The notes under the pieces were generated by a model. That model saw nothing but the letters and a program-made list of their open reading frames with translations, made no database searches and was not told where the DNA came from. Below, piece after piece: positions 31,500 to 40,494 of a DNA stretch of 64,000 nt (position 1 is the stretch's first letter; each line of letters opens with the position of its first letter). The translations under genes were made by a program, and so were the position numbers. The DNA comes from an uncultured Alphaproteobacteria bacterium (GTDB taxonomy: Bacteria > Pseudomonadota > Alphaproteobacteria > Rhizobiales > Beijerinckiaceae): positions 27,369 to 91,368 of the forward strand of contig CAVYXQ010000028.1 of assembly GCA_963772555.1 (NCBI GenBank), given 5' to 3'.

Positions 31500-32262
31500 T
31501 CCGCCGCACTCGCGCGCGCTGACCCGGCCGCGTGCCCAGCTGAATCGGCGCTCGAGCCCGGAGCGAAGCTCGCCGCATTGGGCACCGGCGCCAACGCACG
31601 CTCGAGGTGCTCGCGATCGGCTCGTCCTCCACCGAGGGAATCGGCGCGACCTCGCCCGCCAACACCTATCCGGCGCGCCTCGAAGACGAGCTTTCCCAAG
31701 GGAACGGCATCGCTGTCGACGTCCGCAACGCCGGCATCGGCGGGGAGCTTGCCGCCAAGAACTCTGCAGCGTCTGAAAGTCGCGCTGAAAACCGGCTGGG
31801 CGAAGCTCGTCATCTGGCAGGTCGGCGGCAATGACGCGCTCGTGGGCGTTGACGAGACGCTGTTTCCACGGTGGAAAGCGGCGTCGGGGCAGCGCGCGCC
31901 GCGCGTGTGCCGCTCATGCTGATCTACCCGCAATTCATGCTCAAGGCGCCGGACGAGGCGCGCTACGAACGGTTCGTCAAGATCGTCAACGACGTCGGGG
32001 TCCGCGACCATGTCCCGGTCTTGGCGCGCTACGCGATGATGAAACGGCGGGGAACGAAGGAGGTGCAGTCGCTTCTCTCCCGCGATGGCCTGCACATGAA
32101 CGATCTCGGCTATCGCTGCCTAGTCTAGCGCATGCAATTGCTCAGGAGATCGAGAAAGGGGCCGAAGCTGCCGCCGTCGCCCCACTCGCGAGAGCGGCGT
32201 CTGCCCTGGCGCCAACAACTTTTCGAGAGGCCGGCTCTGCTCCGCAAGAGTCGCCTCGATGA
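31500..32262 (+). pseudogene. SGNH/GDSL hydrolase, multiply frameshifted
   Basis: VLAIGSSSTEG (block I), NAGIGGE (II), WQVGGNDA (III), DGLHMND (V) spread over at least four frame changes (~31600, 31759, ~31868, ~32125). Confidence 0.82.
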
Positions 32263-32530
32263 TACGTGCATTCCTCCGCACGGCGGGTCGTAGAAGCCGT
32301 CCGCGAAGGCAAGTCCGGCGCCTCGCTGAGCCTTTGCGGCTCAAGGTCAACAAGGCGAAGAGCGCGGTGGCGCGACCGGAAGAGCGCAAGTTTCTTTTCT
32401 AGGGTTCAGCACCGCGAATGACGGGAAGCGAGCGGCGCATCGCGCCGCCGAGCCCATGAACGCGGCCCACGATTCCCTCGCCGGTACGGTGAATATATGA
32501 CGATGTCCTTTATCCGATATTGAGGATGGT

Positions 32531-32766
32531 ATGGATTGGACGTCGCTCATCGGCCCGGCCGTAGTCGCAGCCGTCGTCTCAGGTGTTGCATCGGTTGCCG
32601 GATTTTTTGTCTCGGCGCGAACGGCCCGATCAATTCATTCCGAACGCCTCACATTCGACAACTGTTCGGGGCGGAGGCGGCCAAGTCCTACGACGAGCTT
32701 TTCAAAATCCGAGCCGACATGATCGTCGTCGTCCGCATGCTCGTCATGATTTTCGGCTTTTTTTGA
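32531..32766 (+). pseudogene. Fragment of a membrane-anchored hypothetical protein
   Basis: GAGGA RBS and ATG, TM helix MDWTSLIGPAVVAAVVSG, then a frame break into LFGAEAAKSYDELFKIRADM. Confidence 0.4.
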
Positions 32767-32817
32767 ACGTCATCCCCATATCCGAGATGGGCGGCGTCAT
32801 CCCGCGAAGCAAACGCC

Positions 32818-33363
32818 TCAGACGACCAGCGCCATCTGGCGGTCCCGCAAGGCCGCCCCGATGCTCCTGAGCCCGGACTGGATCTCCGCCGATTTCTCGA
32901 TCATCCAGGCGCCGTCCTTTTGGTCAAGCATCGCCCGCAGCATCTCCGCACGGCCGGCCAGTCCCATATCGCAGCTGAGGAGACGCTGGAGCGTCGCCGC
33001 CTCGTGGCGGTAGCGCTCGGTCATCCTGTCGTTCTCGGGAACGGGCTGCGCGCGAATTTGCCCTTCGAGCGCTCCGATCTCTTTCGATAGCCGCTCCAGC
33101 ATCAGCGCGCCGGCGACGGCGTCGGGGTCGGGGCGCGGTTTCTCCCGCGTCGGCGCCGGAAGACGCTCCCGACGGTAGGCGCTTTCCGCCGTCTCGACCG
33201 AAGCTCGCGCCAACCCGAGCAGCCACCCGACTTTGGCCCGAACCGTCAAGTCGTCGGCGCGCAGTTGATTTTCGAGCCGATAGAAATTGTAGCCCCAGCC
33301 GTAGAACAAATTGACGGCGATCTTCTCGAGTTCGTCGAGGTCGTAGAAGTCGGCGCCCGGCAT
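32818..33363 (-). CDS. Hypothetical helical protein, SPFH operon partner
   Basis: 181 aa with GAGGTG RBS, 4 bp downstream of the SPFH gene; NLFYGWGYNFYRLENQLRADD motif. Confidence 0.8.
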   Translation of the reverse strand: MPGADFYDLDELEKIAVNLFYGWGYNFYRLENQLRADDLTVRAKVGWLLGLARASVETAESAYRRERLPAPTREKPRPDPDAVAGALMLERLSKEIGALEGQIRAQPVPENDRMTERYRHEAATLQRLLSCDMGLAGRAEMLRAMLDQKDGAWMIEKSAEIQSGLRSIGAALRDRQMALVV

Positions 33364-33367
33364 GGCG

Positions 33368-34204
33368 TCACCTCGTCAATCCGGTTTCCTGGCCGACGGG
33401 ATAGAAGCCGACCGGCGGCTGTCCGCCGATCTGAAACGGCATTCCGACCGCCGCGTTGGGCGCAGAGACGAGACCCTTCTCGGCCATCTTCAACGCCAAA
33501 TAATAGCGAACCGCCTCGATCGGCGTAAGTCCCAGCGCCTGCAACGAGAGAAGCTCGCGCATGCGTTCGTCCTTGGGAAGGATCAGGACCTTGAGGTCGT
33601 TCAGCATAATGCCATAGACCTTGAGGAAATCGGTCAGATGGACTTTGACGCTCTCCCGCAGATCGTTGATGTGCGCGTTGATATTTTCGAGTTTGGTGAC
33701 CTGCACGACCTGATTGATCGCCTGCTCGATCGCCGGCCCCGCATAATCAGCGAGTTCCTGAGTGTCGATGATTTGGCCGGCGAACGGCATATGCGTTATC
33801 AGATCGAGCGCAGCTTCCTTGGTGTCGACATGGACGTAATAGTCGACCTGATAGGCCACTTCCGCCATCTCGGCGCTCGTGGCGATGCCTTTGTTGCTGA
33901 CGAGCAATTTCGAGCGGTTGATATAGATCACTTCGTAGACCCAAGGCGAGCTTCCGCCGAAAAAGCCCTGAACGATTGAGCCGACCAATGGCTTGTCGGG
34001 CGTGACCAGCGCATATTGGCCGGTTTCATAGACGTTCAGAACTGCGCCCCGCGATTTCAGAACGCAGAAGTGATTGCTTTCAACGGTCAAGAGCGAACCC
34101 GACACGATGCTTTCGTCGATGATCTTGACGGCGATATTCGTCATGCCGAGCATGTCGGCGCCGTCGCGCGACAGCGACGTGATGACTTGACGGGTGATGG
34201 CCAT
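33368..34204 (-). CDS. SPFH/Band-7-like protein without a TM anchor (YdjI-like)
   Basis: GSLLTVESNHFCV...VYETGQYAL...PWVYEVIYIN pattern of Band_7_1-type proteins; ATG 34204. Confidence 0.75.
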   Translation of the reverse strand: MAITRQVITSLSRDGADMLGMTNIAVKIIDESIVSGSLLTVESNHFCVLKSRGAVLNVYETGQYALVTPDKPLVGSIVQGFFGGSSPWVYEVIYINRSKLLVSNKGIATSAEMAEVAYQVDYYVHVDTKEAALDLITHMPFAGQIIDTQELADYAGPAIEQAINQVVQVTKLENINAHINDLRESVKVHLTDFLKVYGIMLNDLKVLILPKDERMRELLSLQALGLTPIEAVRYYLALKMAEKGLVSAPNAAVGMPFQIGGQPPVGFYPVGQETGLTR

Positions 34205-34373
34205 TGAGGTTCTCAATTCGTTGCGTGGGACGGACGTGAGAAGAGGGGTCAATCGTTACCGTGGAACTAAATTCTTTTCCTGGCCAAAGGAAGCGCCAAC
34301 CGGGCGGAATCAGGGTTAGTAATACGCAACGTCCGGCATTCGACAGCGACGCCTGGAAAGCCTTGGCGAAGCG

Positions 34374-35054
34374 TCAGGATCGAAACAGCCGCGAGTATTG
34401 CGTCTCATGGCGCATGGCGGCGATGTCGGAGCGGAAGGCGGCGGAGCCGAGGTCGGCCAGGCTCGAGCGGGAGGCTTCGCTGGCGAGCGCGCGCAGCCGC
34501 GACAGCAGCGCCGCCTGGACCTTCTGTCCGTCGGTCTGGCCGATCGGCCCGAGCCGCACGACCGCCGAAACGTCGTTGGCGACGAGGGCGAGACAAAAGG
34601 CCCCGAGGCTCGGTTCGAGCGGCAGGCCGTGGCCAGCAGCGGCGGCGGCGACCCCGGCCGGATAGGCGACGCGGTCCTCGTCCGCGAGCGCGCGTAAGGG
34701 TTCGCAATCCCAGGCGGCGCGGGCGGCGGCGACGAAGGCTGTCCCCTGCGCCGTCGTCTCAAGCCGCCGCTCGGCCGAGCCCGCGAGCGCGACCGCGAGC
34801 GCGTTCGTCTCGATCAGCGCAGACTTGTCGCCGGCCTCCGCCGCGCGGAAGGCCGCAGCGAACAGGACGGCGTCGGCGCGCGGCGCGCCGAAGGTCAGGA
34901 GATCGGCGAGCCAGGCTTCGAGCGAGCGCGCGTCATGGATGTCGCCTGCTTCGACCGCCCATTCGAGCCCGTGCGAATAGGCAAAGGCGCCGACCGGAAA
35001 GGCGGGCGACAGCCAGAGCATCAGCGGCAGGAGCGAGGCGTCCGCCTCAGCCAT
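34374..35054 (-). CDS. ureF: Urease accessory protein UreF
   Basis: [50 protein letters not shown]. Confidence 0.95.
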   Translation of the reverse strand: MAEADASLLPLMLWLSPAFPVGAFAYSHGLEWAVEAGDIHDARSLEAWLADLLTFGAPRADAVLFAAAFRAAEAGDKSALIETNALAVALAGSAERRLETTAQGTAFVAAARAAWDCEPLRALADEDRVAYPAGVAAAAAGHGLPLEPSLGAFCLALVANDVSAVVRLGPIGQTDGQKVQAALLSRLRALASEASRSSLADLGSAAFRSDIAAMRHETQYSRLFRS

Positions 35055-35637
35055 GTCGATGTTCGTGGCGGCCGTGCCCAGGGTCGTGATCGTGATCGTG
35101 GCGATCGCGGTGGTCGTCGCCGTGATGGGCGTGCTCGTGCGCGTGATCGTGGCCGGCATCGTCGTGGCGATGATGATCGTGGCCGTGGCCGTGCGCCTCG
35201 GCCGCAGCCTTCACATAAGCCCCGCCTTCCGGGTTGAACGCCGCTTCGAGGGCGATCGCCCGCGCGCCAAGGCCCTTCGCCATCTCCTCGATGACGGGAT
35301 CGCGGCGGATGCGGATCGCTTTCGGCAGGAGTTCGACGGGCAGATGGCGGTTGCCGAGGTGCCAGGCGACGCGCATCAACGCCAGCGCGTCGGCGGCGCG
35401 GATCTCGGTCAGCGGCTCGGGCGCGGCCAGCACTTCGACGATCCGCCCGTCCTCGAGCCTGAGGCCGTCGCCGCCGCGCAGCATCCTGGCTTCCGGCAGG
35501 TCGAGGAGGAAGGCGAGGCCGCGGACCCCAGTCATCGCGATCCGTCGGCGATAGCGCTCGTCGAACTCGAGCACGACGCTGTCGGCCGGCTCGCCACCCC
35601 AATCTCCCGCAGGAACAACCTCCCCCGCGCGCAGCAT
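35047..35637 (-). CDS. ureE: Urease accessory protein UreE with His-rich tail
   Basis: [37 protein letters not shown], then about 50 aa of His/Asp-rich tail. Confidence 0.95.
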   Translation of the reverse strand: MLRAGEVVPAGDWGGEPADSVVLEFDERYRRRIAMTGVRGLAFLLDLPEARMLRGGDGLRLEDGRIVEVLAAPEPLTEIRAADALALMRVAWHLGNRHLPVELLPKAIRIRRDPVIEEMAKGLGARAIALEAAFNPEGGAYVKAAAEAHGHGHDHHRHDDAGHDHAHEHAHHGDDHRDRHDHDHDPGHGRHEHRHG

Positions 35638-35708
35638 GTCCGCCTTTCCGCGGCGAGCGCCGCTCTCTGCCGATGGCTCATCCAGCATGGACGAGGGGCG
35701 AAAGGAAC

Positions 35709-36115
35709 GCCAGCCGGCCTGTAAGCCGGGTTCTGTATGGCCGGGGTTTGTTGCCCCCGGCGTGACGGCCATTCCTCTGGGACGCCCGTCGCCGGGCGCC
35801 TCGAGCAACCAACCCGAGCGACAAGGCCAACGGATGAAGGCCCCGCCCACGCTTGAAAGGGCGCGAGCGCATCGCTCCTATTCGGTTTTGCTCCCGGCGG
35901 GGCTTGCCGTGCCGCCGACGTTGCCGCCGACGCGGTGCGCTCTTGCCGCACCCTTTCACCCTTACCCTGCGCCGGACCTCGCGGCCCGCCGCGGGGCGGT
36001 TTGCTTTCTGTGGCGCTTTCCCTGGGGTCGCCCCCGCCGGACGTTATCCGGCGCCGCATCCGTATGGAGCCCGGACTTTCCTCCGCTTTGAGGCGGCGGC
36101 CGTCCGGCCGACTGG
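35709..36115 (-). ncRNA. rnpB: RNase P RNA (type A)
   Basis: Minus strand has GAGGAAAGTCCGGGCTCC near the 5' end, GCAAACCCC-like and GCAAGCC elements, and ACAGAACCCGGCTTACAG near the 3' end. Confidence 0.96.
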
Positions 36116-36389
36116 CGGATGGGGCATATGGGCCGCGGGCGGCGGCGGTCAAGGAAAAACGGCCGGCCTCCGAACAGCCAGGCGCGTTTGCGTGAGGTTG
36201 GCGCCGATCGCTCGATCGCGACGCCGGCGAAGCCTATGAGGCGTCACGGGCGTTCATTGCAGCTTCACCCGGAATATGGGATTAGTGCCGCCGAAGCAGG
36301 CGGCTGGCCTGCGCGCGGGGCGCCCCGTCGCGTATATTCGGGGACGAATGCTGAAAAGCATCGGTAGAACGGACGGGAGTTGAATTGAA

Positions 36390-36683
36390 ATGAAAAGGAT
36401 GTTTGCTCTTTCGCTGGCGCTCGCCGCCGCCGTTTCGGTCTCCGCCTGCCAGACCCCCCAGCAGCAGAACGCGCTGGTCGGCGGTGCGCTCGGCGCCGGC
36501 GCCGGCGCGATTGTCGGCTCCGCCGTCTCCGGCGGCAGCGCGGGCGGCGCGCTCGCGGGCGCGGCGATCGGCGCCGGTTCGGGCGCGTTGATCGGCGCCG
36601 CGGCGACGCCGCGTCCGGTCGGCCGCTGCGCGCAATGGGGCTACGACTACAACGGCAATCGCGTCTGCGTCGCCTTCTACTGA
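36390..36683 (+). CDS. Small glycine-zipper lipoprotein
   Basis: Lipobox VSAC, GGALGAGAGAIVG/GAAIGAGSGALIG zipper, C-terminal CAQWGYDYNGNRVC. Confidence 0.8.
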   Translation: MKRMFALSLALAAAVSVSACQTPQQQNALVGGALGAGAGAIVGSAVSGGSAGGALAGAAIGAGSGALIGAAATPRPVGRCAQWGYDYNGNRVCVAFY

Positions 36684-36726
36684 GAGCGGCTGGGGCGAAC
36701 CGAAACCCCGACGGCCGCGACGGCGA

Positions 36727-37484
36727 ATGACGGTTGGCCGATCGCCCGATAGTCCGCTCGTCGCCCGGTTCGTCGCTTCGCCCAATCATGGGCCGCGACG
36801 CGGCCGGACCCGGGCGGACTGCCTGATCCTGCACTATACCGGCACGCCGACTGGCGAGGCGGCGCTCCGCCTCCTGACCGACCCGGCGGCGGAAGTGTCA
36901 GCGCATTATTTTGTCTGGGAGGACGGCCGGATCGATCAGCTCGTGCCGGAGAGCGAGCGCGCCTGGCATGCCGGCAAGGCCAGCTGGAAAGGCGAGAGCG
37001 ACCTCAACTCCGCCTCGATCGGCATCGAGATCGTCAATCCCGGCCACGACGGCGGCTCGCCGCCCTTTCCCGACTCCCAGATCGCCGCGACCATCGCGCT
37101 GGCCGGCGAGCTCTGCCAGCGCTGGAAGATTGCGCCCGCGCGCGTGCTCGCCCATTCCGACGTCGCGCCGTTGCGCAAGCGCGATCCGGGCGAGGCCTTC
37201 CCATGGGAAACGCTCTGGCGGGCCGACGTCGGCCTCTGGGTCCCGCCCGCGCCGCTCGACGGCGGGCCGGTGTTTGCGCACGAGGAAGAGGGGCGCCGGT
37301 GCGGGCGCTGCAGGCGATGCTGGCGCTCTACGGCTACGGCGTGGAGCTGACCGGCGTCTACGACCGCCTGACCCGGGCGGCGGTCGCCGCCTTCCAGCGC
37401 CATTTCCGGCCCGAGCGGGTCGACGGCGAGGCGGACGCCTCCACCATCGCGACGCTGAAGACGCTGATCCAAGGGCTCAAGTAG
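36727..37484 (+). CDS. N-acetylmuramoyl-L-alanine amidase (amidase_2 plus PG-binding), -1 frameshift at a G run near 37290
   Basis: LILHYTG, SAHYF, RAWHAG, SIGIEIVN, HSDVAPLRKRDPG; adding one G restores EGAPVRALQAMLALYGY...FQRHFRP. Confidence 0.9.
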
Positions 37485-37557
37485 CGATCCGCTGCCCCTT
37501 GCGGGCGCGATCGTTGTCCGCGCGCCGCGCTCGCCGATCGCGACTACAGAGCGCGCA

Positions 37558-40494
37558 TTAATCGGGTCTATCAGCGTTCACGATCGCCTCGAAGGCCTCG
37601 CGCACCCGCTTTCGCGCCTCGTCAAGCGCCGCGACGAAGGCCTCGAAGTCAGGGAAGCCGGCAGCCGCCGCGATGCGGCGCTTGACGCCCGCGGCGGCTT
37701 TGGCTGGATCGAACGGGCCCGCGAGGGAAAGGCGCATGAACTGCGTGGCGTCGGTATAGAGCCGATGCGCGCCGACCAGAGTCTCGACATGATCGGCCGA
37801 GAGGAGGCCGGCAGCTCCGGCCTTATCGATCGCCTTGCGGGTCGAGACGTCGAGGATGTCGGGCCTGCCGTGGGCGAAGGCGAGGGTCAGATACTGGGCG
37901 ACGAATTCGATGTCGATCAGCCCACCGGCGACGAGCTTTAGATCCCAAACGTTCTTGTCGCCCTTCTCGCTCCCGATCAGCGCGCGCATCGAGCGCACGT
38001 CGCGGGCGATGTCGCTGGTCTTGCGCCGGCGGAGGAGCGTACGACGCACCGCCGCCGCGACGTCGTCGGCTGAACTCGCCTCGCCGGCAATGACCCGGGC
38101 GCGCGTCAGCGCCATATGCTCCCAGGTCTCCGCCGCCTCCTCCTGGTAACGGACGAAAGCCGAGAACTGGGTGGCGAGGGGCCCCTGTCGGCCCGAAGGC
38201 CTGAGGCGCATGTCGACTTCGTAGAGGCGACCCGCCTTGGTCGGCGCCGTCAGCGCGGCAAGCAGCCTTTGCGTCAGGCGAGAGTAGTAGAGGCCGGGCG
38301 CCAACGGCCGGGGTCCGCTGGATTCACCGGCGCCATCGGGAAAGTCGTAGATCAGGATCAGGTCGAGGTCGGAGGCCGCCGTCATCTCGCGCGAGCCGAA
38401 CTTGCCGAGAGCGACGATGGCGATGCGGCCGCCGCGGACTTTGCCGTGCTCGACGGCAAACGCCTCCTCGACGCGCTGCAGCATCGCCGCGACCAGCGCC
38501 TCGGCGAGCGCGCTATAGGCCCGCCCGGCGCGATCCGGATCGAGACGGCCGGAAAGAAGATTGAGGCCGATGGCGAACATCTCCTCAGCGGCGAAGTCGC
38601 GGGCTCGGTTCAGCGCCTCCTCGTAGCCGCGCGCCTGGGCGATGAAGGCCTCGGCCCGCTCCCGCGTCCCCGTCTCGTTCAGGCTGGCCTCGAAATCGTC
38701 GACGCGGGCTGGATCGATCGCCGCGTCGAGCACATGCGGGCGGGTGGCGATGACCTGCGCCAGCCGCGGCGCGGAGCCCAGAACGTCGCCGAACAGCTCC
38801 CGAAGGCTCGCGTTCGAGCGCAGGATCGACAGGAGCTCGACCGAGGCGGGCATCCGCGCCAGCGCTTCGTCGAAGGCGGCCAGCGCCGCATCGGCGTCGC
38901 CTGAGCCGGCGAAAGCCTCGAGCAGCGCGGGCGTCAGTTCCGTCAGGACTTCGCGGGCGCGCTGACTGCGGACGGCGGCGCGGCGGCCGAAATGCCAGCC
39001 GCGCACAGTCTCCGCCGCGGCCTCCGGGCGCTGGAAGCCGAGGCTTCGCAAGGTCTCGATCGTTCCTGGGTCGTCAGAAACTCCGGTGAATACGAGATTG
39101 CCGGCCGAGGCCCCGAGCGTCGGCGCATCCTCGAAAAGCCGCGCGTAATGGCGCTCGACCCGCGTCAGCCAATGGACAAGCTCGCTGGCGAAGGCGTCGA
39201 GCCCGGCAAAGCCGCAGAACCTGGCGAAGCGGTCAAGCTCGGCCCGATCGAACGGCAGGCGCTGCGTCTGCTCGTCGGCCTGCATCTGCAGTCGGTGCTC
39301 GATGCGGCGCAGGAAGAGATAGGCGTCGGTGAGATCCCTCTCCGCCTCGGCGGTCACCCAATTGTCGACGCGGAGCTGCCGCAGCATGTCGAGCGTGCGC
39401 GAGCCGCGCATCTGCGGCCGCCGGCCGCCGAAGATCAGTTGCTGCGTCTGCACGAAGAACTCGACTTCGCGGATGCCGCCGCGGCCAAGCTTGACGTCGT
39501 GGCCGGGCACAACGATGCGATCGTGGCCGCGCACCGCGTGAATCTGGCGCTTCATCGCGTGAATGTCGGCGATCGTCGCGTAGTCGAAATACTTGCGCCA
39601 GATGAAGGGCGCGAGGTCGGCGAGGAAGCGCCTGCCGAGCGCAAGGTCGCCGGCGACGGGGCGCGCCTTGATCAGCGCGGCGCGTTCCCAGTTCTGTCCG
39701 ACCGTCTCGTAATAGGCGTAGGCGCTGGCGGTCGAAAGCGCAACCGGGGTCGAAGCCGGATCAGGCCGCAGCCTGAGGTCGACTCTCAGCACATAGCCGT
39801 CGCTTGTGCGCTCCTGCAGGAGGCGGGCGAGCCCCTTGGCGATGCGCACGAAAAGGGGCGCGGGCTCGATGCCCTCAGGGATCGAGGCGGCCGCCGCGTC
39901 GTAAAGCACGATGAGGTCCACGTCGCTCGAATAATTGAGTTCGCGCGCCCCGTGCTTGCCGAGCGCGAGCACCGCCATGCCGCAGCCGGCCTCCGGGTCC
40001 GGGGCCTCGGAATCGAGCGCCAGGCGGCCCATCTCGGCGTTGCGGCGGAGAAGAAAGGCGAGCGCAGCGCGGATCGCGGCGTCGGCAAAGCGGGTCAAGG
40101 CCTCGGTCGTCGCGGCGAGGTCCCAGACGCCGCCGATTTCAGCCAGCGCAATCAGGAGCGCCGACTCCCGCTTGGCCAGGCGCAGTGCGCGCATGAGCTC
40201 GGCCTCGTCCGCGTCGCGCCGGGCGAGGAGCGCCGCGGTCATAGCGTCGAGCGACATCTCCGGCGGCTGCGTCAACAGGCGGGCGGCACGCGTCGGGTCT
40301 TCGGTCACCAGCGTCCAGAGATAGGGCGAGTGATCGGCAAGGCCGAGCAGGAGTGAACGCGTCGCGCCCTTCATCTCGCGCGTAAGAGGAGCCGCATCCG
40401 GCCTCTGCAGCAGGGACGAGAGACGGCGGCGCGCCGCGGCAGGCGCCGCAAGACGCGGCGCCTCGTCGAGGCGCTCAGCCAGCGTGTCTTTCAA
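37558..40494 (-). CDS. glnE: Glutamine synthetase adenylyltransferase/deadenylase
   Basis: Two NT domains: LGKHGARELNYSSDVDL...RVDLRLRPDP and LGKFGSREMTAASDLDL...EVDMRLRPSG; TTG start inferred. Confidence 0.96.
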   Translation of the reverse strand: MKDTLAERLDEAPRLAAPAAARRRLSSLLQRPDAAPLTREMKGATRSLLLGLADHSPYLWTLVTEDPTRAARLLTQPPEMSLDAMTAALLARRDADEAELMRALRLAKRESALLIALAEIGGVWDLAATTEALTRFADAAIRAALAFLLRRNAEMGRLALDSEAPDPEAGCGMAVLALGKHGARELNYSSDVDLIVLYDAAAASIPEGIEPAPLFVRIAKGLARLLQERTSDGYVLRVDLRLRPDPASTPVALSTASAYAYYETVGQNWERAALIKARPVAGDLALGRRFLADLAPFIWRKYFDYATIADIHAMKRQIHAVRGHDRIVVPGHDVKLGRGGIREVEFFVQTQQLIFGGRRPQMRGSRTLDMLRQLRVDNWVTAEAERDLTDAYLFLRRIEHRLQMQADEQTQRLPFDRAELDRFARFCGFAGLDAFASELVHWLTRVERHYARLFEDAPTLGASAGNLVFTGVSDDPGTIETLRSLGFQRPEAAAETVRGWHFGRRAAVRSQRAREVLTELTPALLEAFAGSGDADAALAAFDEALARMPASVELLSILRSNASLRELFGDVLGSAPRLAQVIATRPHVLDAAIDPARVDDFEASLNETGTRERAEAFIAQARGYEEALNRARDFAAEEMFAIGLNLLSGRLDPDRAGRAYSALAEALVAAMLQRVEEAFAVEHGKVRGGRIAIVALGKFGSREMTAASDLDLILIYDFPDGAGESSGPRPLAPGLYYSRLTQRLLAALTAPTKAGRLYEVDMRLRPSGRQGPLATQFSAFVRYQEEAAETWEHMALTRARVIAGEASSADDVAAAVRRTLLRRRKTSDIARDVRSMRALIGSEKGDKNVWDLKLVAGGLIDIEFVAQYLTLAFAHGRPDILDVSTRKAIDKAGAAGLLSADHVETLVGAHRLYTDATQFMRLSLAGPFDPAKAAAGVKRRIAAAAGFPDFEAFVAALDEARKRVREAFEAIVNADRPD

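Noticed and set aside
32461-32490. GATTCCCTCGCC as attR of the tRNA island
   Set aside because: Does not match the tRNA-Ala 3' end (GATTCCGTCTGGCTCCACCA) beyond 6 bp.
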